Source: Bacteriovoracia bacterium
Lineage (GTDB): Bacteria; Bdellovibrionota; Bacteriovoracia; Bacteriovoracales; Bacteriovoracaceae
Reading direction: 5' to 3'
DNA length: 34,440 nucleotides
NCBI GenBank assembly: GCA_046570105.1
Contig: JBKHVI010000029.1
Coordinates: 1-34,440, forward strand
The notes below the pieces were generated by a model that did no database searches, was not told where the DNA came from, and was given only the letters and a program-made list of their open reading frames with translations. Position numbers and translations under genes: made by a program. Positions 18,790 through 28,336 of this stretch are shown here, one piece after another (the stretch's first letter is position 1; each line of letters opens with the position of its first letter).

Positions 18790-19302
18790 ATGAAATATTT
18801 TATTCTTCTCTCGTGCCTCACGCTCTTTTCCTGCGCCAAAGAAAATGTATTTCCAAAAGTAAAATCAGCAGGGGAGCAGGTTGCATCAAAGTCAGCTCTT
18901 TGGTGGGATGCCAGTGCTCAAAAAAAAGATCCTTACTTTCTAAATGGCATTCGAGATCTCTCGAACAATGATCGCAACTGCTTATCAAATACTTATCCGC
19001 TGCTTGATACATTGCCAGAGAATGAGATAGCCATTCTGAGATTTGAGTATCGACATCTCGAGATTGATTTCAGAGATCGTCAACGTATATGGCTCAATGG
19101 AGATGAATTGAGTTTAGGAGCTATTTCTGATCCTGCTGAAGGAGTTATTCTAGAAGACCTCTCGCAAGTAAAGATTCAGTCTCAAACGGCGGCAGAAATC
19201 GCATACTTGTTGTTTTTTTATAAACGCTTAAGCGATCAAGAAGTCACGGATGTCGAGTGTGAGTTGGGCAAGAAATATAAAATTAGTTCTCTTGATTGTT
19301 AG
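18790..19302 (+). CDS. hypothetical lipoprotein
   Basis: MKYFILLSCLTLFSC lipobox. Confidence 0.65.
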   Translation: MKYFILLSCLTLFSCAKENVFPKVKSAGEQVASKSALWWDASAQKKDPYFLNGIRDLSNNDRNCLSNTYPLLDTLPENEIAILRFEYRHLEIDFRDRQRIWLNGDELSLGAISDPAEGVILEDLSQVKIQSQTAAEIAYLLFFYKRLSDQEVTDVECELGKKYKISSLDC

Positions 19303-20056
19303 TTTCTTCGCTTCTTACTTGGCAGGCAGGGAATTCAAGAATTCGAGAAGCCACGGCACTCGGATTTTTTATATTAGGTCGACGCTTTAATTTCTCCCAA
19401 TAGGAAGTGTCGCCCCACAATTTACCGCTTGCTTTGTAAACACCATCTTCCCCGCGCATGAGTTCTTCCATTATATCTACACCACATCTTAGGTTGTTGC
19501 GTGGGGGAGAGATATCTTTTGGCTCACAATTGACCCCTCGCCATCTTCTCGCACTGCGGGCCTGATCTAGTTGGAGTAGTCCAATTGCCGTTCCGTTGGT
19601 GGCATTTGGATTGCGAGCGCGATGATTGCAGCGAGATTCATCCCATGCTATCGAAGCAAAAGTCCAAACCCAAAAGCGTAAGCGCATTTCATAGCTTAAA
19701 GACTTCCAAGCAGGGCAAGTATAAGGACTATCTTCCATGCCCGGGCGATCGTCAGCATACATATGAGAGTCGCGTCCTTTCTCTTCTAGCGCCTCTTTTA
19801 GGATTAATCCGTATTCACCATACTCGCCATTGTCGGTAATAAACTTTGAGCAATCAGCTCCTTGAATTGAAAAACTATCTGAAAGACCAGTTTGATTAGC
19901 ACTGTCACAAGGCCTAAGGATTCCTTGCATTGCTCCCTCTCGCTCGACGCTTTCAAGAGTGTTTGAAATGAGGCGAATATCTGCAGGAGTTAACTCATCT
20001 TCTGCAAAGACTGGAAAAATAAAAATGAGAATGAATAAATAAAATAAATTTTTCAT
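19283..20056 (-). CDS. secreted SLT-domain (lysozyme-like) lytic transglycosylase
   Basis: Signal peptide; IAWDES (catalytic Glu), AIGLLQL, NLRCG motifs. Confidence 0.75.
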   Translation of the reverse strand: MKNLFYLFILIFIFPVFAEDELTPADIRLISNTLESVEREGAMQGILRPCDSANQTGLSDSFSIQGADCSKFITDNGEYGEYGLILKEALEEKGRDSHMYADDRPGMEDSPYTCPAWKSLSYEMRLRFWVWTFASIAWDESRCNHRARNPNATNGTAIGLLQLDQARSARRWRGVNCEPKDISPPRNNLRCGVDIMEELMRGEDGVYKASGKLWGDTSYWEKLKRRPNIKNPSAVASRILEFPACQVRSEETNNQEN

Positions 20057-20478
20057 TATTGCTGATATCTACAAGTAAAAGAATTACTGACATCATTGTA
20101 TGAGTAGATAATCTCATCCTTGTGTTTTTTTAAAGTATGAGTAATTGTCCGCTCATTTTCACTCTGCGGACAATGAGTTAATGAGATCTTGTTCTCAATC
20201 GATTGCTTATCGATAGTCGTCACAGATGTATAGCGACATGATTCTTTGGTCTCAGCATCAATCAATTGTGGTTCCGTAAGATGGGGGAAGAAAATTCGAG
20301 TAGATGCAATTAGAGTCATATCCTTTTCTGAGGACTTGATTTGTAAGTGCAATGTCTCCTCACACTTCTCATGTCCTGGAGTTATTAGATTATACTTTCC
20401 CATTTTGAAGGGAAGCTTTGCTGAAGCAATCGCACTGCCGGCAAATAAAAACAGGGTAAGTTTAAGCAGCTTGATCAT
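20056..20478 (-). CDS. secreted hypothetical protein (4 Cys)
   Basis: Signal peptide from MIKLLK; TAATG stop/start overlap with the SLT gene. Confidence 0.65.
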   Translation of the reverse strand: MIKLLKLTLFLFAGSAIASAKLPFKMGKYNLITPGHEKCEETLHLQIKSSEKDMTLIASTRIFFPHLTEPQLIDAETKESCRYTSVTTIDKQSIENKISLTHCPQSENERTITHTLKKHKDEIIYSYNDVSNSFTCRYQQ

Positions 20479-21043
20479 ATGACTCATGGGAAAGCGCCTG
20501 ATCTACGAGATTTACTGGTATTGTGGCGACTACTTCTTGATAGCTCAGCGCCCATCTTTCATATTGATGAGACGTTGTTTCACAAAAAGAAAATTGATCA
20601 ATCCAACTGTTAAGTAAAGGCAAACCAAAAGCTGCTAATGAGACAGTAGAAGCAAAAGCATGAAGAGCTGCATCTTTTGAAGTGGGAGCATGAATAGAGT
20701 GCTTAAAAATCTTAAGTCCTGGTGTCATGCCATTTAATGAAATACCAACAAAACTAATGGCAAAATAAATCAGTGGAGTCAGGGCGAGTTTGAGATACAT
20801 CGAATAGGTCGCAAATACTTTTGCACTATCACTTGGTAGTTCATTCATGCCAAGTGGAGCTAAAAAAGCCGACCACGCATTGACGGCCATCGAGACAAAA
20901 ACATAAGCGAGAATCCAATCAAAGGCCCAAGCGCAATAGACCGCCCAAGGATTCACTTCTTCCGGAGCGCCACGAAGACTTGGGTCGAGCAGAACAAATT
21001 CGCTAATTGAAACTTTGAGATAATCTGTGAGCTTTGGTGCCAT
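20462..21043 (-). CDS. RDD-family-like membrane protein
   Basis: AWAFD, Y.......GMTPG.KI, D motifs; AAGGAG SD. Confidence 0.6.
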   Translation of the reverse strand: MAPKLTDYLKVSISEFVLLDPSLRGAPEEVNPWAVYCAWAFDWILAYVFVSMAVNAWSAFLAPLGMNELPSDSAKVFATYSMYLKLALTPLIYFAISFVGISLNGMTPGLKIFKHSIHAPTSKDAALHAFASTVSLAAFGLPLLNSWIDQFSFCETTSHQYERWALSYQEVVATIPVNLVDQALSHESYDQAA

Positions 21044-21105
21044 GGCTTCTCCTTAATTTCTTATCGGAAAAAAGCCGCTGTCACCAAAGATCTGGAGTCT
21101 CTTAC

Positions 21106-23742
21106 TCAGGAATGCAGATCGCTCTTCAAGTCGTGCAGGGTTTGCAGCGCCTGTAAGGGCGTGAGATTCATAATATCTAGTGCCTTGAGACGCTTCTCAA
21201 GAGCAATCAAATGATCAGGAATCTCAGTCGTTGCTGGCATCTGGAAGAGTGAGAGCTGAGGAGGATCCACGTGATCCACCAGTGAGTGCTCGTGGTGTTG
21301 CTCTTCTAATTTGCCAAGAATTCCGCGGGCGCGTTTGAGAATGTCTTTAGGAAGCCCGGCCAGCTCGGCCACATGAATACCAAAACTCTGAGTGGCACCG
21401 GCCTCAATCAATTCATACATGAATTGAACTTTGCCTTTATGTTGCTCAGTTCTCACCGTGAGATTTTTGGCGGCCGGAAGGCTATCTGCCAGCTCAATCA
21501 ATTCGTGATAGTGAGTGGCAAAAAGTGTGAGAGATTTTAGTTTGGTAGCAAACCATTCAACCAGTGCCCAAGCGATCGAGAGACCATCATAAGTTGAAGT
21601 GCCGCGCCCGATCTCATCGAGGATAATTAAACTATCACTGGTGGCGTGACGAAGAATTTCTGCGGTCTCACTCATCTCCACCATAAAAGTCGATTGACCA
21701 CGAATGATATCGTCGCTCGCGCCCAGGCGACTGAAGAGATAATCACGCACGCCAAGTTCTGCTGATTGAGCAGGAACCCAAGCACCGAGTTGAGCGAGGT
21801 ATTGAATCAGCGCCACTTCACGCATGACGGTGGTTTTACCGGCCATGTTGGGACCTGTGATAAGTGCGAAAGAGCATTCGGCAGTTAAAGTCACATTATG
21901 TGTTACAAAGCGCTCTTGGATATTAGCGCGAATCAGCGGATGCCAGGCCCCTTGGATTTTTACGATGCGATCGTTGGTTATTGTCGGACGAGTAAAGCCT
22001 TCTTGTAGGGCGACCCATGCGAGTGACTGATAGACATCCATCTGGGCCAAACGTTTGGCGACATCCAGGACTACACCTGAGAGGTTCATGACTTGCGATA
22101 AGAGACCCTCAAAAATTTCGCGCTCGAGGCGTGAGAGACGCTCTTCAGCTGAAGTGATTTCAATTTCAAGTTTGGCGAGCTCTTCCGTTTGGTAGCGCTC
22201 ACCATTGGTGAGAGTTTGTTTGCGCTGAAAATGCTTGGGAGCTTTTCCAACATGTGAGTTAGAAATCTCGATGAAAAAACCTGCGAGGTTATTGGATTTC
22301 ACTTTGAGATTGGTGATACCGGTTTCTTGACGATAGCGCGCTTCAAGTGCTAAGAGTTCATCGGCCGCAGAGAGCGATAGACGTGATAGACGATCACGAT
22401 CTTTGTTCACGCCGGAGCGAATGAGGTTACCCTTATCAGCGTGAGCGCCCAATTCATCATTGATGGTTTTTTTGATTTCAATGGCGAGAGTTTGTAGAGC
22501 TTCGCGCTCTTTTTTATCCAGTGCTGGAAAGAAGCGGGAGAGGTCGGCTTTGGCGGCTGATTCTAAGGCAAAATAATGCTCAAGTGTGTTGGCGAGATTG
22601 ATCATATCTCCCGCATTGGCCTTCTTGGTGGTGGCCTTCGCCATAATGCGATCAAGGTCACGCACTTCAGCGAGCGTTTCACGCCAAGCTTTGAGGAGTT
22701 CGGGTTTCGCCATCAACGCCGCCAGCAGCTCTTGGCGCTTCGTGATCTGCGAGAGATCTTTTAATGGAGTTTGGAAAAAATGCTTCAAGTGACGAGCACC
22801 CATTGAACACTTCGTGCGGTCCATGAAACCAATCAATGAACTTGAAATTTGCGATGGATCACGAGGGAAAATCTCTAGACCTCTGAGTGTTGCCCAGGTG
22901 ACCTTAAGGCCATCGTTGCCGGCAATCAAACGGAAGGGGCGAATGTGTTGAATCTTATCCATCGACTGAGTCGAAGAGATGTACCAGCTTAAAGCGCCCA
23001 AGGGACAAAGCACGCTAGCGCGCGTTTGAATAATGCCATCACGCTTATAACCAGGAATGAGTTTTTCTAAGTAAGGTGCCGCGTGCTTCGGCTCAAACCA
23101 TTCAAGAGAAAGATGCGTTCGCAGAATATCAAGCTGAGTGAGTGTTTCTTCTAAGAAGGGAACTTTTTCCCATTGTCCGAGTGTGCTCAAAAATTCTTTG
23201 GGACGATAGACGAGGATTTTTTCCGCTACTTCTTCGGCTGAGTTAAGACTGAAGCCAAAAAAATCACCAGTGGTGAAATCGAGTAGAGTCAGAAGATAGC
23301 CGGCCTCATCCTGCCAGGCACAGCCGATATATTTATTTTCATTATTGCTAGCGCGATCCAGATCGTAAGGCACGGCCGGAGTTACAATCTGAGTCACACC
23401 TCGCTTAACGATACCTTTAACGTCTTTGGGATTTTCCAGTTGTTCGCAGATAATAACTTTCAAACCCATCTGACTGAGGCGATCAACGTAAGCCGCCGCT
23501 GCATGATGAGGAATGCCCGCCATGGGAATGGGTGTTTCACCTAGTTTTCCACGAACGGTGAGGGAGATGTTTAAGAGTCTTGCCACTTCACGGGCATCTT
23601 CAAAAAACATTTCATAGAAGTCGCCCATGCGAAAAAATAAAAGTTCCGTCGGATATTGCTTTTTGACGGCCCAATATTGTTCCATCATAGGAGTGAGTTT
23701 TACGCCTGTGGCGACCAAGTCTTTGAGAGTAGGGTTTTGCAT
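21106..23742 (-). CDS. mutS: DNA mismatch repair protein MutS
   Basis: TPMMEQY, FRMGDFYEMF, GPNMAGKT, STFMVEM, DEIGRGT, FATHYHEL, SFGIHVA. Confidence 0.98.
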   Translation of the reverse strand: MQNPTLKDLVATGVKLTPMMEQYWAVKKQYPTELLFFRMGDFYEMFFEDAREVARLLNISLTVRGKLGETPIPMAGIPHHAAAAYVDRLSQMGLKVIICEQLENPKDVKGIVKRGVTQIVTPAVPYDLDRASNNENKYIGCAWQDEAGYLLTLLDFTTGDFFGFSLNSAEEVAEKILVYRPKEFLSTLGQWEKVPFLEETLTQLDILRTHLSLEWFEPKHAAPYLEKLIPGYKRDGIIQTRASVLCPLGALSWYISSTQSMDKIQHIRPFRLIAGNDGLKVTWATLRGLEIFPRDPSQISSSLIGFMDRTKCSMGARHLKHFFQTPLKDLSQITKRQELLAALMAKPELLKAWRETLAEVRDLDRIMAKATTKKANAGDMINLANTLEHYFALESAAKADLSRFFPALDKKEREALQTLAIEIKKTINDELGAHADKGNLIRSGVNKDRDRLSRLSLSAADELLALEARYRQETGITNLKVKSNNLAGFFIEISNSHVGKAPKHFQRKQTLTNGERYQTEELAKLEIEITSAEERLSRLEREIFEGLLSQVMNLSGVVLDVAKRLAQMDVYQSLAWVALQEGFTRPTITNDRIVKIQGAWHPLIRANIQERFVTHNVTLTAECSFALITGPNMAGKTTVMREVALIQYLAQLGAWVPAQSAELGVRDYLFSRLGASDDIIRGQSTFMVEMSETAEILRHATSDSLIILDEIGRGTSTYDGLSIAWALVEWFATKLKSLTLFATHYHELIELADSLPAAKNLTVRTEQHKGKVQFMYELIEAGATQSFGIHVAELAGLPKDILKRARGILGKLEEQHHEHSLVDHVDPPQLSLFQMPATTEIPDHLIALEKRLKALDIMNLTPLQALQTLHDLKSDLHS

Positions 23743-23822
23743 GGGTTTATGCTCGCTTTTCCGATGGATTCAGTCATCTTAAAAACTCCCTCATGCGCGC
23801 TGCGCGATGGTACACTCAAACT

Positions 23823-24836
23823 ATGCTTTTTAAACCACTCAAATCAACAATAGTTATTGTCTTTTTTATTCTCCTCAACGCCTGGGTTGGCTATGGCGTT
23901 TGGACCCATCGAGCGGATGTGGATTGGGGAAATGATTCGAGTGCAGTGCTAGGAAAAGCACCTACTGAAATGAAAGAGTTGGAATACTTTCACTTAGATC
24001 TCGGCAGGCCTGCACTCTCTTTAGTCGCCGATGAAATGCACAGTGTGGGCGATGAAGTGGCGAGCTTCGTGCGTCCGCGCGGAACATATTCTCCCGATGA
24101 TAAGCGTGGCACTCTTCGCTATGAGGGACAACAAGCCGAGTACGTGAAAGCACGCGACACACTCAAACTTTTAGGGGCCGTGCAATTAGCTGAAGAGAAT
24201 TCCTCTTACCAGGCCGAAGAGCTGACGTATTACCTCAAAAAAGATTTGGTGGTGGGTAAGCGCGATGTGAAGGTCAAACATACTTTGCAAAAAACTGGCC
24301 AGGTAGTGAACATCACCTCCTTGAGTTTTAAGGCGCGACCCAAGCAAGACTGGGCAAGCTTTAAAGGCGAAGTCGATGGCGTAGTTACGCCGAAATTTAA
24401 GTTCCAGGCGCCCTTAGTTTTCCGCTCTCAAGAGATGGAATTAACGGGTAAAGAGGGACTGATCCAACTTAAGCATCAGGTCTATGTTAAGCGGGGAGAA
24501 ATGCAGATAACTGCCCGAAATGGTGACATTTTTCTTGAGCAGGCAAACAAAAAGCTCAAGTATTTCATTCTGAATGACGATGTGAAGGTGAAGGAAAACC
24601 TCGTGGATTCGAAGGGTCAGCCGCTCAAGCGTGAGGCCTATGCCGAAAGACTCGAAGGTTTTGGACAAGACCGTATGGTGCTCTCAGGAGCACCTCGTGT
24701 GTTGCAAGGAAAAGACGTGATCAAAGGCTATCGAATAACCATGCGTGAAAAAATGGAATTTATCGAAGTCGAAGATGCCATGTCAGATGTTCAAGTCAAA
24801 GAAGACGAGAGCAAAGATGCGAAGGAGCGCCGCTAA
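23823..24836 (+). CDS. LPS export periplasmic protein, LptC/LptA(OstA)-like multi-domain
   Basis: Single N-terminal TM then about 300 aa of beta-rich sequence; C-terminal LSGAPRVLQGKDVIKG.RI is LptA-like; TAATG-coupled to lptB; start 23823 vs 23793 uncertain. Confidence 0.75.
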   Translation: MLFKPLKSTIVIVFFILLNAWVGYGVWTHRADVDWGNDSSAVLGKAPTEMKELEYFHLDLGRPALSLVADEMHSVGDEVASFVRPRGTYSPDDKRGTLRYEGQQAEYVKARDTLKLLGAVQLAEENSSYQAEELTYYLKKDLVVGKRDVKVKHTLQKTGQVVNITSLSFKARPKQDWASFKGEVDGVVTPKFKFQAPLVFRSQEMELTGKEGLIQLKHQVYVKRGEMQITARNGDIFLEQANKKLKYFILNDDVKVKENLVDSKGQPLKREAYAERLEGFGQDRMVLSGAPRVLQGKDVIKGYRITMREKMEFIEVEDAMSDVQVKEDESKDAKERR

Positions 24837-25558
24837 TGGAAATGATGACAGCAACAGGTTTGAAAAAAACCTATAACGGCAGGACAGTAGTGAAGAACGT
24901 CGGTCTTGAAGTCAAACAAGGTGAAGTGGTGGGATTGCTTGGCCCTAATGGTGCAGGTAAGACAACTTCATTTTATATGATTGTCGGACTGGTTCGCGCT
25001 GACGAAGGAAAAATCCTTTTGGGCGATAACGATGTTACGTTGTTTCCTCTGCACGAGAGAGCTCGTCGCGGAATTGGCTATCTTCCTCAGGAAGCCAGTA
25101 TTTTTCGTGAACTCTCAGTAGAAGAAAATATTATGTCGGTTCTCGAAATTCGTGATCTCTCAAAACAAGAGCGCGTGAATATCTTGAACGAGTTGATTGC
25201 CGATTTTGGTTTGGATCATATTCGTAAATCAAAAGGCCGTGAGTTATCAGGTGGTGAGCGTCGTCGTGTGGAAATTGCGCGAGCACTGGCCCTCTCACCG
25301 AAGTTTGTATTGTTGGATGAGCCATTTGCTGGTGTAGATCCTTTGGCGGTCGCAGATATCCAAGGAATCATTCGCCAACTTAAAGAGCGTGGCATTGGTG
25401 TCTTGATTACCGACCACCAGGTGCGTGAGACGTTAGGAATTGTTGACCGAGCTTATATTATGAATCGGGGAGAACTCCTAGTGAGTGGAACTCCGGATGA
25501 AATTGTGAAAGACGAGACAGCGCGCAAGTTCTACTTGGGCGAAGAATTTAAGATGTAG
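24836..25558 (+). CDS. lptB: LPS export ABC transporter ATP-binding protein
   Basis: GPNGAGKT, GYLPQEASIF, LSGGERRR, DEPFAGVDP, LITDH, YLGE.F. Confidence 0.97.
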   Translation: MEMMTATGLKKTYNGRTVVKNVGLEVKQGEVVGLLGPNGAGKTTSFYMIVGLVRADEGKILLGDNDVTLFPLHERARRGIGYLPQEASIFRELSVEENIMSVLEIRDLSKQERVNILNELIADFGLDHIRKSKGRELSGGERRRVEIARALALSPKFVLLDEPFAGVDPLAVADIQGIIRQLKERGIGVLITDHQVRETLGIVDRAYIMNRGELLVSGTPDEIVKDETARKFYLGEEFKM

Positions 25559-25566
25559 GAGCCTTT

Positions 25567-27024
25567 ATGGCCGTAAAGATGTCCTTAGGTTTAAAGCAGA
25601 CGCAAAGCTTGATGATGACGCCGCAATTACAGCAGGCGATCAAGCTTCTGACTTTAACCCATTTAGAGATGACCAATCTGATTGCCCAAGAGATGGTGGA
25701 AAATCCCATGCTCGAAGAGACAGATGGTGAGTCGGCATCTGAGGCCAATGAAGAACCAAGTAAAGAGCAAATCGAACAACAAGAAGCGACCACCCAGGAT
25801 TTCCAAGGTGGCGAGCTGATTGAAGGTACTCGCCAAGATTTTGATTGGGAGTCCTACGCCGATTCATTTAATTCAACTTCTTCAACAGCTCCCAACACTC
25901 GCGAGGTCGGCGGCGCTGATGATATGCCCAGCTATGAGAATATGGTCTCCAAAGGCCAGTCTCTCCACGAGCATCTTGAGTGGCAGCTACGCATGGAGAG
26001 TTTGTCGATTGAAGAACTGGATTTTGCTATCGCGCTCATTCAAGACATTAACGACGATGGTTATTTGACGAGCCCACTCGATGAACTTATTGCACGCACA
26101 AAGCTTGATCGCGATGAAGCGGAAAATATTCTTGCGATGGTGCAATCATTTGATCCCGTCGGTTGTGCCAGTAGCACCATTCAAGAATGTCTTTTGGCCC
26201 AAGCACGAGCACTTGAAGAGCGCTCGCCATTAGCAGAGAGAATCATTGCCGATTATCTGGAAGATCTTCAGTCGAAAGATCATGCCAAAATCGCCAAAGC
26301 GATTGGAGTAAATAAAGATCGCGTGAAAGATGCTGAACTGGTCATTATGGGTCTTCACCCGAAACCAGGACGATTGGTTTCACCAGAAGAAACTCAGTAT
26401 GTTGTTCCTGATATCTTTGTCGCCGAAGTAGGCGGAGAGTTTGTGGTGCAGGTCAATGATGAGGGCGTACCACGTCTTCGCGTATCAAATCTCTACCGTG
26501 ATCTCTTGAAGAGCAAAGAAGGCGGAGCGGAAGCACAAGACTTCGTTCAAGAGAAATTACGTTCAGCTCTTTGGCTGATTAAGAGTATTGAAAACCGCCA
26601 GAAAACAATTACCAAAGTGGCGATTGCGATCGTTCGCAGTCAGCAGGATTTCTTTAAGCGCGGTCCAGAATATTTGAAACCGATGATCTTGAAAGATATT
26701 GCAGGTGAAATCGGTATGCATGAATCAACAGTCTCACGCGTGACGACGAATAAATTTATGCACACTCCACTAGGTACGTTTGAATTGAAGTATTTCTTCA
26801 ATACCGGTATCGGTGGAAAAAACGGTGGTATCGATATTGCCGGCGAAACGTTGAAATTGAAAATTAAAGAAATGATCGCTAACGAAGATCCACGCCGTCC
26901 TCTTTCGGATCAGCGTATCTCGGAGCTCTTAAGCACAAAAGACATCATCGTCGCCCGTCGTACCGTGGCGAAGTATCGCGAGATGATGGACATCTTGACG
27001 TCCTCCAAGCGTAAGAAGGACTAG
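25567..27024 (+). CDS. rpoN: RNA polymerase sigma-54 factor
   Basis: MTPQLQQAIKLL, HESTVSR, LKYFF, LSDQ, RpoN box ARRTVAKYRE. Confidence 0.98.
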   Translation: MAVKMSLGLKQTQSLMMTPQLQQAIKLLTLTHLEMTNLIAQEMVENPMLEETDGESASEANEEPSKEQIEQQEATTQDFQGGELIEGTRQDFDWESYADSFNSTSSTAPNTREVGGADDMPSYENMVSKGQSLHEHLEWQLRMESLSIEELDFAIALIQDINDDGYLTSPLDELIARTKLDRDEAENILAMVQSFDPVGCASSTIQECLLAQARALEERSPLAERIIADYLEDLQSKDHAKIAKAIGVNKDRVKDAELVIMGLHPKPGRLVSPEETQYVVPDIFVAEVGGEFVVQVNDEGVPRLRVSNLYRDLLKSKEGGAEAQDFVQEKLRSALWLIKSIENRQKTITKVAIAIVRSQQDFFKRGPEYLKPMILKDIAGEIGMHESTVSRVTTNKFMHTPLGTFELKYFFNTGIGGKNGGIDIAGETLKLKIKEMIANEDPRRPLSDQRISELLSTKDIIVARRTVAKYREMMDILTSSKRKKD

Positions 27025-27045
27025 AGATCGCGAGACAACTCATTC

Positions 27046-27073
27046 AGGAGGTGCTCCATGTAATCACATGTGA
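27046..27073 (+). promoter_or_regulatory. SD plus tandem start-stop element (AGGAGG-N6-ATG TAA tcac ATG TGA) upstream of hpf
   Basis: AGGAGGT 27046-52, ATG 27058, TAA 27061, ATG 27068, TGA 27071. Confidence 0.45.
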
Positions 27074-27116
27074 GAGAAAGTATCGTTTTGTGACCGTTAG
27101 GATTAGAGGAAATAAT

Positions 27117-27443
27117 ATGAATATAACCATCTCTTTCAAACATCTCGAACACACACCGGCGCTAGATGAGCGCATTCAAGAAAAATCAGAAAAACTAAAT
27201 AAGTTCTTTGGCGGCCAATTTAAAGTCCACTGGGTTTGCTGGTGCGACGAAAAAGGTGCTCACTGGGCCGAGATTAAAATCTCAGGTCAGCAGGAATGCT
27301 ACGCCAAGGCCCATGCAGACAATCTGTATAAGGCACTCGATCTAGTGGTCGAGAAAGCTGAACGTCAGTTAGAAAAACAAAAAAGTAAATTAAGAAACCG
27401 TGTCCATAATACGGAAGCCAATAAATATCGAAACGCTGGTTGA
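27117..27443 (+). CDS. hpf: ribosome hibernation promoting factor (short HPF/RaiA)
   Basis: MNITISFKHLEHTPAL...K..KL.KF, LYKALD....K.ERQL.K.K; GAGGA SD before ATG 27117; canonical position after rpoN. Confidence 0.92.
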   Translation: MNITISFKHLEHTPALDERIQEKSEKLNKFFGGQFKVHWVCWCDEKGAHWAEIKISGQQECYAKAHADNLYKALDLVVEKAERQLEKQKSKLRNRVHNTEANKYRNAG

Positions 27444-27445
27444 GT

Positions 27446-28336
27446 ATGCTCTCTCGCTGGTGGATTTATCTCAAGGAAATGTATCAACCGTCATCAAGGC
27501 TCTTATTTAGTGCCTTGATGACGTATCTCACCTGGAAACTTTGGCCAGGGGCCAAGCAGGAATTTCCTTGGATCCCGTTCATAGCGAGCACACTCACATT
27601 TGCACTGATGATTCTTTACTATCGCGTTTGCGATGAGTTTAAAGACGCAGACACTGATCGGCGCTTCTTCCCCGAGCGTCCAGTGCCATCAGGGCGGGTA
27701 ACTCTGAAAGACCTGCAGTATTTACGTCACACTGTTAGTGGAGTGGCGTTCTTACTGCAGGCCTTCATCCCTTATGCCTTCATTCCATTTTTGATTTTCT
27801 GGATATTCTCTTGGGGAATGGGGCGTTGGTTTTTCATGCCGAAACTGATTAGCGAAAATCGATTGTTAGCATTTCTAACCCATAGTCCTGTTGGTTTTAT
27901 TGGAGGGTTCTATTTACTCGCAGCGATGGTGCGAGATCATGGACCACTCATTTCCAGCACGAGTCTTGCTTTAATAGCAGTTCTCAATATTCCAGGTCTC
28001 GCCTGGGAGATTTTACGAAAAACTCGTTCACCCAAAGCTGAGCAAGAAGGCTACCAAACCTATTCACAGATACTAGGAACTGGCCCAGCTTTAACTCTTG
28101 CCGGCCTCTTTATCACTGCCACTCTGTTTCTATCAATTATGGTTGCACCCACTTGGGGATTGCCTGAGTGGACGATGACAGTCTTGTTGTCTGTGCATTT
28201 GGTGATATTAAGTCTTTTACCACTTATCTATGTGCGTTTAAAAAAACAGGCGCTCGAATTGCGCCTGTTGGGTGATATCTATAATGGCAGTGTGCTGCTT
28301 ATTCTACTTGTCGCGAGCTCAATGACAGTAGTCTAG
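27446..28336 (+). CDS. UbiA-family (prenyltransferase-like) membrane protein
   Basis: DEFKDADTDRRFFPERPVPSG Asp-rich motif, about 8 TM, degenerate second motif WEILRK....AEQEGYQTY. Confidence 0.8.
   Translation: MLSRWWIYLKEMYQPSSRLLFSALMTYLTWKLWPGAKQEFPWIPFIASTLTFALMILYYRVCDEFKDADTDRRFFPERPVPSGRVTLKDLQYLRHTVSGVAFLLQAFIPYAFIPFLIFWIFSWGMGRWFFMPKLISENRLLAFLTHSPVGFIGGFYLLAAMVRDHGPLISSTSLALIAVLNIPGLAWEILRKTRSPKAEQEGYQTYSQILGTGPALTLAGLFITATLFLSIMVAPTWGLPEWTMTVLLSVHLVILSLLPLIYVRLKKQALELRLLGDIYNGSVLLILLVASSMTVV

Noticed and set aside
21061..21087. TCCGATAA sigma28 -10-like box upstream of the RDD-like gene
   Set aside because: No matching -35 box at 15-nt spacing; insufficient alone.
27051..27116. 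GTG-started N-terminal extension of hpf
   Set aside because: The GTG overlaps the SD itself; HPF homology and a GAGGA SD point to ATG 27117.
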